This document shows, in pieces, positions 24,401 to 36,400 of a stretch of 64,000 nt of DNA (position 1 is the stretch's first letter; every line of letters starts with the position of its first letter). Both the position numbers and the translations under genes were made by a program. The stretch is from positions 24,056,001 through 24,120,000 of the forward strand of contig OZ249447.1 in NCBI GenBank assembly GCA_965235115.1, in the 5' to 3' direction. The stretch comes from Laetmonice hystrix (taxonomy: Eukaryota). Under the pieces are notes generated by a model. It was not told where the DNA came from. It did not search any database and was given only the letters and a program-made list of their open reading frames with translations.

Positions 24401-27400
24401 CTCATTGAAAACCGCCTTCCCGGTCAACAGGCACCATCGACTACGTCAGATCTTCTTCGTAACACAATTATATCGGGGGGAAATACCACTTTCATTCATA
24501 TATGAACATATGAATATACATATGTAAATACTATTATGTCATTTTTCTTAGGATATTAATGCTGGCATGCCAACAAAATATAAATCATTAAACAGCAAAG
24601 TCTGATGGAAGACGATATCGCTGTTCAAACACAAACATGATGTCTGTTAGCCAATATCATTAACTTTGTGTTTATGCCCTGGTTAAAGACGGTTTTAAGA
24701 TCTTTCCGACGACTGCTGGTACATCTCAAAGACACAGACAAAAAGGCCAACAGAATATCCGTATGTAGCATCTATACAGTTGCCACGGGACGGTACACAT
24801 GGCATGTATACTGAGTGATCATTGGCCACCTGTGTCCACCAATAGGCTGCTAGGTTAATAACGACGTGTGCTGAGGAACACAGTCACAAAATATGTAAAG
24901 AAAAGCGAGTGACCATAAAAGATATCTCCGTATAATGTAAAACCAAGAATGATGAAGATACAGCTCATTTTACTTTAGTTTGGCTGTGTAAACAGATAGC
25001 AATGACAACTAAATCTGGTGTTCAATATAACAAACATGCAAGTCATCATAAAATTTAGTTCTAATTGATCTTTTGAAAAATAACGTAAATCATCTGTCAA
25101 TAAAATCACACCTAGATACAGTGGAGCAAAACAGTTCTTTTCTACCATCTGAAGGTGCCCTTTTTGTTTGTTATAGTGCAAGTTGTAAACTGGTCAGTGG
25201 AAAACACAACAGGCAAAAGCAAGCCTATGTCTTTATCGTGTAAAAGCTTCTTCGATGGGCAGCAAGGTAAAATCTAGAAAATGATCCCTTTTCCCTATGT
25301 GCTGACAGAAAAGATGCAGTAGACGATTTGTTCAGATTAACTTCTTTATGGTTGAAGGTATTCATGCGGACGATTTGGGTCGGATAAGGTGAACCCCACC
25401 CTAATCACTTTCCATTTAATTATTAACTTATCTGCTTTGTGTTATTATTCATGATCCCTTTTTAATGTAAGTGGTGAACAATGTTATAATTATGACTGAA
25501 CCGTAGCCTCATTTTCTAGATTTTTCACTCTGACTGCTTTCAGCCCAGGAAAATGACATGCATTTCCCATCATGCAATAGCATAAAGTTTACTATAATGA
25601 AGTGAATATGTTTTTACCAGCATTTCATAAGGGGAGTAGGTTGGGCACTACAAGTCACCAAATATATCTGTATCAGTATAGGTATAATAAGACAATAATT
25701 TTATATAAATCATCTATGTCCTACCGGTTATTGTTACATATTGGATTTATACAGAAAAAAAACGTGCTGGAACATATCTTTCACCGACATCTTTGAAATC
25801 ATTAGAAAATACACCGAAATTTTTCCAAATGTTTTACTTCCATCCACGGAGATAAACTAATGATTTTCTAGTCAAACAACGAATAAAGTGAAGGTCAAAA
25901 TTCAAAGCATTTCATGGTTTGGACGTCTGTTATTAGACTCTAGCACATGTTATATAGGTTAATGTTTGTTTTTTTCTATTACGGTATGTATTCACACCAT
26001 TCACAGCTCTCACAGCCCTTACATTTGCACCTTGTTAAAATAAGGTATACCCGTTATACCCTCGTACTGCTCATCCCACTTGGTTATTGTGTACTTTTCC
26101 TTCCTACTTTCTCTGTTGGTACAGATGATCATATTTTATATTAAATATAAATTTCATTTGACTGTTGACTTTTATTCATGCAAAGTGTTGTGTTGTCAAA
26201 GTAATCAAATATTGATCATAATATAAACAACAGAGCTCCTTATTCTTAACAAAGAAAATAAAAAATAATTTGTATTTGTCACTCAGTGATACATGACATG
26301 GTACAGAAATTGGCCTTTTTTCTAGTCTCAAGATATTTTTCCTATAATATCTCGATCCATAGATGATGCAGTCCAATATATAAAATGTATTTCCAAAGGA
26401 GTTACCCCAGTACAGTTTCATCTTGTAATCACCTAAACACTATCCGCTCATAATATTTGTCAAATGTCACCTTAGAAAATTTTCCGAATCAAGGGCCCAA
26501 TATGATGACGTTTCAGACTTTTAAAGAAATGCTAAGAATTAGAGGGGTACTACTTGTCCAGCAAACAGTGTAAGGATACGATACGATAATACTCATCACA
26601 CGTAAAACTCCGGCAACCAATATCAGTCTTACACACATTGTACATATATGTGTAGCTGGTACTTAGATGCACACACTAATATACGTACATGTACATTGTT
26701 CGGATGTTTATATAATAGGTGTGTGTACCCAATAATACAAGTACCCGTACCTTCACTCATATACAGACATACATCTGCATAATTTCATAGATAACATATA
26801 GATACAAACTTACAGTGCAGATAACAACATCCTTGGTATTAAATTACATTAAACTTATACTCTCCACCTTTCACTCCCAGTTTTCTCTGGATATAGAACA
26901 TCTTTCTTGTTCTGCATGTTGTTCACTGACACTATACGCTGCACAAACGTCACACAGACTAAGAGTGAACGACTCAGTCTCTGCTCAAAAGAATTCACAG
27001 TCTGTTATTTACTTACCTCTTTCAGAAGGTCAAAAGCCTTCTCCAGAACTACGTCAAATTTTGCGATATCTTTCGTCTGCATGTGTCGAATGGCTTCTTT
27101 TAAACGCTGTGGCAGAGAAAAGGTTACAACATTAATTAGTCAGGTCCATTTAATATGCACGAACTAAGGAGGTCTAATGGTATAAAAGGGTCATTCTCAG
27201 GGCCGTGCCCCGGGAGGGGGGGGGGGGGTTGGGTGTCTGTAACCCCCCCTGGGTGCCAAAGATTTTGTTATTTTTACTTTTTTTTAGGTCCTAACACTTG
27301 GATCTGTCCGCTGTAACCCCCCTCCCCTGCACCAGTAACCCCCCCTGCACCAATCTCTGGGCACGGCCCTGATTCTGATGAGAAAGAAATATATTTCCAG

Positions 27401-30400
27401 ACTTGCCTTCTTGTTGTCAGCGTTTGCTTGTACTAAGGTTCCGTTGAAACATTCATCTACATACATGGCCTCTTTGGAAAACTGTGGAAGCCAAAAAAAG
27501 AAATAGGCGTCAGATACGTGGTGTTGGCTGGCCCTCTCCCAAACTGGACCGAAACTGGGCGAATATATGGCCTTCGGCAATCAGTTATTCCCTTTTACTT
27601 AGAGTATACATCCTCGAGGTCACCAGCCCCGTCCATTAACTACCGATGCCATATCCCGGCGAATATAACGTTTGAAAGAGGGTGACGCGTGCCCCGACCG
27701 AAGGATAGATGCGTGGATACAAGGAACGTGAGAGTTATCTATATTCGGATATAGATGCGTGGATACAAGGAACGTGAGAGTTATCTATATTCGGATATAG
27801 ATGCGTGGATACAAGGAACGTGAGAGTTATCTATATTCGGATATAGATACGTGGATACAAGGAATGTGAGAGTTATCTATATTCGGATATAGATACGTGG
27901 ATACAAGGAATGTGAGAGTTATCTATATTCGGATATAGATGCGTGGATACAAGGAACGTGAGAGTTATCTATATTCGGATATGGATGTGTTAATCTATCC
28001 CTTACGGAACTGACCACTGCCCGTGATTTGTACGATTTGTGTGCTCAAGTCACGGTCGTCTGATCACGGTACCCACACGACCATTTTCTCATAGTCCCTC
28101 ATCCTTCAACTTACTTTTGACCTCTAACATCCCCACAGTGCTGATGCTGGCTGACTGAAGGGCAAGAAAGCTAGAGTAAATGCGGAATCAGTTTTCTCCT
28201 GATCCTCGTTATCACTTGCCTTTATGATGTTGAAGAAGTCGTCATCGCTAAGGGTGTCAAGAATTTTCTCAACAGTTGCCTTAGCAATTTCCATGCGAAG
28301 TCCAGTCATGCTTCCGCTGGCATCAAGCAGAATGACTATGTCTTTAGGTGACGTGGCTGCTTGAATATACCTGTAAAACCACGGCCATTTATACCAGTAC
28401 CGAGAAACATACTTGAAAATCAATCACATCAACAATCAAATATATTTTGTTCTCTACCGCTAACAACCTCCTGTCCCACATTTCTCATATAGTGAGACTA
28501 ACTATGCACTCCGTCCCCTGAGATCAGTCCTTTTACAATTAGAAACATTTCTCTCACAGTTACTCATTTACGAAAGTAAACTAAGTTTTAAGTTTTCTTA
28601 ATTCTATTGCAGAAACAAAGTAACATTGTAAAATTTACAACTAATGACAGATATTATGTTTGGTAGCTTAGTTTTACATTGATGAATGATTTGACCGATT
28701 CTGGTAATATCGGTCATAGTAAAATAGACTTTGAACAAATCAAGAGAGGAATGACGGTTCTCTATGCAACAATCGAGGAGATCGAGGAGACATAAAGCCA
28801 AGTGTCATGTCAAATGTCGATTCCCTTCTCAATCTCTCTTTTTATCATTAACTGTTCTTTTGAAACAGTTTTCTGTGAAGCCAGAGCTTCATAATTAGTT
28901 GGTGCACTGGGAGGTTCAAGGCAAAGCAAGGAAGTACAAAGATCTTACCATCCCCTTGTTCTACAGTCATATCTGTCAATCTTTTCCCTTTGTGAATCCA
29001 CAGTTTTCCAGAGCGTACCTGGTGATGATCACGGTAGGTGGAAGGGACAAATCGACAGGGTTAGACAGTTGTGTGCCTGTAGCACCACATACTGCCCACA
29101 TGGCACCGCACATCAGTCAAGGCCGAAACAAATTACAAAGTATCAGGGTCTGGTCACTAGGGGGCGGGGCTGGGTATGATGAGTACGGAGAGCTGTCACC
29201 AGGGGGCAGCAGCAGGATCGCCCCCGCCCCAGGTGCTAACCATTCCGTGTGCTCAACGTTGATGGCTGTATGGTTTCCTGTTCAATACCACATACGGCAG
29301 ACGCTATTCATGCCTGGCCTATATCCTCAACGTCCCGAATACACAACATATTCAATGTCGAATTTAATATCACTTACATCAGGTTACCCGATGATTAATG
29401 AATTCAAATACCTCCTCGCATTAAAAATAAATGTCAATATTCCTCGACAACTTTATCAGCGACGTCAGGTCAAATCTTTGGGAGAGGGGGGCCTAAATTA
29501 GCTCCTACACCATTACCAGTGTAGGGTTTCCTTTGTAGTGAATATACCAGTAGACCTTGACTAGTAATTTTGCTTAACTGAGGAGGAGGCGGCATGGTTG
29601 GAATGCCCTACTCAAAAAAAGCCGTGACCACAACTGGTTGGTAATGTCCACCGAAAAACGTGCCGCCTTTCTCGCTGAGAGTCTACCGGCCACTAAAGGC
29701 TGATCGATGGGTCCGGTTTCAATGCTTCTCATGTTGGCACAATTTTTTTCTTTTTCTTTTGTTGGTACAACCTGGTCCAGTTTTAATGATTATTCTTGAT
29801 TATGATTAAACTCCAAAGAATAGAGTTTGGTGTGTGATGGCAGGATGAATTGAGAGTGACGAACAGGCATGAATACATCTGTCCTTCTGTCCACCAGCCA
29901 TCTACTGGTGAAGGGATCCTAGACGGCGGGACGTGATCCTAAACCTAGGGGGTCCTCTTGTCTCTAAGTCAGGCACATCACCGCTTACCTACTTACAAGG
30001 ACTAACTTCACAAGGAACAAGACTTGGGTTCAGAGGCCCTCTCACCAACAAGTGCCACATCGTACTTCTCGATCATTAATTAAAGTTCCAAGACAGAGTA
30101 ATCACAACTCTGTAATTGTTTTTTCCCTGGCTCTAAAGTTTGTGTAGCACTTCTTGGGAAACCAGTTCTTTGCAGTTGCCTACTGGGTTCCAAGTGGGTG
30201 GCACCCTACGGATCAAACGAAATTTATCTATGTGCAAGCTTGGGGTCATGGTCAAACCAAGGATATGGCTACAAGCAGAGGGTCACAGTCTCAGGTGTAA
30301 CAAAGGTTAGTGAGTGCAAAGCAGGTTAAATGATGGGGCAGTTTCAAAAATAGGACTTACCATCCACGTGTTCTACAGTCATACAAATCAACCCCGCCCC

Positions 30401-33400
30401 CGGGCCACTGTATGCCTAAATACAAAGGACGATATTCTCAGAACAAAACGAACTCAAGATCAAACACAGCGTGAAGAGATTGGTAGCAGCCATGCAAGAA
30501 GCTGGTGCTTGTCAACACCTAACCCTTTCATACCCTTTCCAAATCCTTCACCAGAAATTTCCTCTTTTTTCCTGATTAACTGTACAAACAACCCATATCA
30601 TGTAAAAATATCCCCAAAATCATCCTACAATGGCATGTAATGTATCTTGAATATGAAAGGGCCACACCAAAACGCAGCATAAGATAGGTTAATTAATTAC
30701 TAAAACGTTTCCATGGCTGCTCTTTGGCTGCTTAACGTATTTTTTTTTCATTTATAAACCACTGTCGTTCATTTCACGTCTTAATACAGGTTAAAATCAA
30801 CACTGGCTCCGATGTAGATATTGAATGCAATGGGTATTTGATAAATCAGTATGTTGAGGTTATACCTAGACCAATGGGAAAGAAAACAAACTTAACCATT
30901 TCGATCATATCAATGGTTTTAACAGGTCTATATTCCGTATGCTTATTATGCTTAAAAAATTGCAGTTGATGTTCCATGATAAAAGAATAACTGTATTATT
31001 TTGGAATTCGTAGATTCCAGGCGGTGTAGTACTGCTATTTACTACCTTCATGGTATCGTAAACGCTCTATTTGGACATCAAAACTTACATTTGCTATTGC
31101 ATCCAATACGAAAAATTAAAAAATATATTTTAAAAAATTGACAACGTCTCCATAGAATAGAATACAATCTTTTAGCATTCTTAGCATATTCCATTTTTAA
31201 AAATCAAATTCAATTCATTAAGTTAATGACCACAAGATTTGAACTCAACTCTTTATTTTCATGAAGGCAGTAAAAACTTGCATATATAATGTTATATTAA
31301 ACAAAATCATGTAGGTTTGGTTATGTTTCAAAGCACACAGCATAACTTGGATTGAACTTAATTTAAGAAAAGGAGCAAACACAGCTGAATACACCGACCA
31401 TACTCTATCAGAGACCTACATTGCAACATACCATGAATCTCGCCCCAAAACCATGAAAATCAGGCACTTCGGATACTTGTCAATCTCAAAGACCAAGAGT
31501 TTCATTGCTGTGGTCTCTTTGGTGATAAGTAAGCATTTACATAAATAATTTTTTAAAACGTAGCACTTTAATATATAGCATGCCTACGTCATGTTTTAAA
31601 ACTTTCAGCAATACGTCTTCATCTCGACCACTTATATATACATGGACCGATCAAAATGCCCATCCTCAATTATCATAATTTCTGCGCTCTGTGCCCCCCC
31701 CCCGCCGCCGCCATTACCACCACTCTGCTTGTCCCTTGCTTACTAATTTCACAGATTTCTGATAGTGTTTGGTCAACTGCACATGTCAACTGAAAGAAGC
31801 GGAACCACTATGTCAAAGCAACAAAAAGTGAAGTAAGTAAGATAACTCGGTGACGTGATCTGATGTGACCAGGTTCAGATATCTGATATTTCACATGGCG
31901 TGTCAAATTTGGAATGGTGGTCATCTGTTTGAGAATGCAACATGTGTGGGCGGGATCCCTCAAAATTCACATTATTACATTAGGGCCATCAGGGAAAATC
32001 TATGAACAATGGACAACAAATTGTTTTCATTACAGATATATTACCGGTACATGAAATATTCTGATGTAATTACAATAATGTTTGAACGCTGCAAGTTATT
32101 AATTCCTCGCCATATAATCCCCTCCAGTACTTTGTATTCTCTTTGATGCAAAGATTTCAATCTCTGGTATGATTATACCAGCTAGGGCACTAGATAAATT
32201 AATATTTATGGCAGAATCACTAACATGTTGTACACCATGAAGAATTATACTGATTGCAGTACTGAAATTCTTAGATATGTTTGCCTCAACCATATACAAT
32301 GCAAATGAAGGAAATATCCTTTGGTATTTTAATCTATATACGCTGTAGTTCTAAAATCGTACGTTTCGAAATGATATCGTCGTGCGCAAATATATTTAAA
32401 ATGTTATCTAACCTTCTAAAATCGATTTCTTTACTGTTAAAAAAGTAATTTTCCTCTTCAGTATGACTGTTGTAACTATAATATACTTCATTTTTTCCAT
32501 GATGAAAAGTGTTTGTTTTGGGTTTCTCCTCTGTCAACGTGATCTAAAGTTTCATCACACAGAAATACATTCTTCTTTCATACCAAATTAACTCAACCCC
32601 AATTGTTTTCTAAAAAGTAACCTTAAATTCCGTTGAACGCGCCTTCTTTGAAATCGAAAGTAACTCACCTGGAAAGTTGCGGAAAAACCCAGACGCACTT
32701 CCAAAATACTGCCATGTTAATGTTTTATCAACCTCATAATTTCTTCGGAACTGTTCGTCGAGTTCCTCGGACCAGGCCACGCCATTCAATACCTCGGCAG
32801 CTGCAAGAAATGAAACTTTGGATAAACTGCAGCACTCCAGATACTGAGGTGTGTGAGAGACACCGGGGCGACCACCGTTTCGTTCACAAATGATCCTGCC
32901 ATGGCCGCAATGTAGACTGATGGTCTGTAGGTGGCAGTTCTCTCCCCCGAGTCGTGGCCTCGAGGCACTGCCATCCCACAACCCGCCTCCTAGACTCCCA
33001 ACCAATGAGTTCTCTTACACTAGCACAGCGAATCCAGTCTACATGTGATAAGTAAGACAAATACCTGGGAAAAATAGAGGAGTTGTCATAATTGAGCGGT
33101 ATGAGGGCAAAGGTTCCTGGAACATGTTGCCACCTGCTCATGGCCAGAACTGTTTTGTTCTGTCAGCGACTTGTGGGGGTACGCAGATAAACTATACATA
33201 ATGGGTAATATAAAAAAAGACAAATGTCACGAGCAGTCTCCAGTTGCACGTGAACTGACTGACTGCATTAATTTGGCATACCGGTGGTCCTCCTTACGTG
33301 ATTCCCACGGTGGCCACAAGGTGGGGAAGGTTGGCTCAATCAGCAACTCTGTGCCATGTCAAGAATAACACTGGAACGGGATTACAGGGTCTTCTCACAT

Positions 33401-36400
33401 ACAATTAGTTGCTAATTTAGTCAGTAGTAATTTAACATGGCCAATTAGCCTTGAGCTAGGCTGTCTGCTTACGCTAGAGGTGAGTATAGGATGTGAAGTG
33501 TTTGCGTGACAGCAAGGCGCCCAATGTAAACGGAGCTCAGTGATTATATGTGGTCCGTACACGTCTCAGGCCCCGGCCTTCGTTCACATCGCTCGCCATA
33601 TTACGACAACTCGATTCCACATCTCCAGTTTCATGGTACAGGTGGTAACTGGATGAATCCTCTACCTGACAGCATGTTTTCTTCTGTCATATACCTTCCC
33701 TGAGATTGGGCCTATAGTGTATAACACGTGGAATACGTTTTGGCCACCGAGTGCATTCACTGAAGCCTTGCCATAGTATCTTTTCTCCGAACATTAAGTG
33801 GATCTTGCCCTGAAGTGCTGGGTGTAATGAAGCAGCGACTCCTTTACACTATAAAAGTACCGCGGTCAAATCGTTGCCTTTGAAGTCCAGCCAAAAGGTG
33901 CCATTCATGTGGGCTGTAGATGGCTCCTCACGCCCGCTTTCATTGGAGTAGCCATGGCAGCGTTGACCATGGCCAGTACACGATGTCCGGCTCAGCGATA
34001 AGAGGATCCTTTTATTTACAAAGGTAAACTTAAGTGTCACGACAAGTACTAAGTGTTGGCTTATATGTAGACATGTAAACCTTTTAGAGTCGCCCCACCA
34101 CGCTACGGAAAATCTACGTTCAATGGAAATGCCATGATAGTGACAGTGACGTGTTTGATAGTGACTGTGACGTGTTTGATAGTGACTGTGACGTGTTTGA
34201 GCGGTATCACTTCGTTTTGGTATCGGCGAGTAAAGGGTGACGTTCGGTATATAACTGCGTTTCCTATACGGCACAAAAGTAGAAGTCGTTTCTAACAGTA
34301 ATACACTGTACATGTAACAGGTACACTCCACGAACACTGAAACCCGATTTCACCCTACGGAAATTGTAAGGATTGTAAGAAGATATATGCAGCCAGATAA
34401 AGGAGAAGACAGGAAATCTTTGACCTGGCATGCTCGGATACCTCATCGATCACCATAGAATCCAGGTGAAATCTAGCCCGGCAATTCACCCAGATTTCGT
34501 CTTCTCCGCTCGCACAACATGGCACACATCATAATCACCCATCCTGTCAGGCTGGCTAACTTCTTATCACCCACTGGTAAAACCTGATCCTACACGGCTG
34601 ACACATGATTGACGTGTTCAGGAAATCAGGAGACTTATTGCCATGTGGGAGCCTGTCTTACCAGATCTCTTACGATATCCTATCTAAGCAAACTGAAATG
34701 TCCTCTCAATAAAAACCCTTCAATACATTTAAGATAAAGTTATAGACGTTGTTACAGATAGGAAAGACACCTTCAGCCTAACCTTTCTCAGACATAAAAA
34801 AAAATGCTCAGAAGAATGAAATCAGCTGTCCGCACCATAACGGAAATAACATCAGAAATACAGGTTAATTTTTATTCTCAGACTGTTTTAACGTATTCAA
34901 CCTGAATTACTTACATTCGTCGTAGACATTGGTTGGAACGTGCACGGTGCTCATGGATAGGTTGACAGGGATGTAGTTGAAGTGCTCGTTCTCCACGAGA
35001 CTAAACTCGCTGGTGTTTAACTTCTTGGCCTTCCAGTATTCTTTCTGTAAAACAAAACAAACGGCTGACTACACATCCAACTGCTGGTGCTTGTTATGAA
35101 CTAATTTATAACTTTTTATGGGGATAGAATGTGTTCTTTACGAGATGACCATTTGGTCCCTAAATTATTGGCGTGACACAAACTGGGAGAGTGATACAAC
35201 CGCTTTATTCATGATACGCACAAAATGCTAAAAGTGCTCTGGTGCCAATAAATACACTGTAGCATGAAGGAGTATCCTCTCCGCAGACACGTATGAAATA
35301 CTCGGTATTAGTATAGAGTTAACTGTTAACTCGCTGTGGCCCTCACCATGTCCCTACACGACATCACCTCTACCAAGCCGTGGGTTCGGACCAAGGCAAC
35401 ACATCAGCACTTCTACCTCCAGTTATTTCCCGGGTCTAGTTCTTGTCTGTGAACTCGATACCGAATATTCTCCAAGTCCCCAATTCAATTCCGCCCAATA
35501 ATTCCCTTGTGGATGTGGTTTGTCAGCTGTGCAAGGCTCTTGAAACCAAAGGGTAGCCCGTCCTTTCAAAATGTAGATTAGTTTCCATGTAAAGCTTCCG
35601 TTGTTATATGGCACCTGTCCCTGGTCATCAGCCTCGCTGGGACAGATGCCAATCAAGTCGGTTCACACTAGCCTGTCACCTCTCTGGGGCGGTCTGGTCC
35701 CACGGACACAAGACACGCACCAACTCCTGCCCCTGTCTCTCTTTGGATAGGGTACACTTAAAAGGAGAGGCAGTGGCTCTGACCTATGCTTTCAAAGCCG
35801 TTAACTAATCACAATCCACTTACATGCACAATTGACCTGGGAGGCTGGTTGGCAATTGCCACGCAGCGTATGGTATACCCTTAGGATACGTCTTTTTTAC
35901 TGCCCCAGAATAGCCATCCAAGAATAGCTCCAACAATGCCAGTTCTTGCTAAGGAAAACCTATGCTACCTGAAAACACTGACGCGAATATTAGCTATTAC
36001 CTAATTGACTGCATTAATTATTGATGGGCGTGGTACCTGAATCCCATCTAAACATTGCTGCTGTGTGAGAATAGGTCAAGGTGAACTGGCGGAAAATAAA
36101 TCAAATCGACCACCGTATTAGAAATGTATCAACTGACAAATTCTACTCTCCATATACATTGTCCTGAAACTAGAGTAATCCGGTTTAAATTTGATGGAGA
36201 ATAAGATCTCAGAGATTTGAGAAGTGACGTCAGTTTTTGCAGCCATTAACAGCGTTCGGCCCAATGCAGTATGATGTCTGGATATTGTTTGCTGCTGCTG
36301 CTGTTTCCTGCTGGATGTACGGACACACGGATCGAGTTGGCAAATGTGTTTTTTCCTGATGAGTAAACACTACCGAACCAATGACAGGCTGGTTTGTCAT

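Noticed and set aside
28899-29501. 200-aa plus-strand ORF, the longest in the track
   Set aside because: Antisense to exon 5, no recognisable motif, no splice or promoter support.
32099-32537. Two adjacent protein-like minus-strand ORFs
   Set aside because: Separated by a stop and frameshift; no identifiable family or splice signals.
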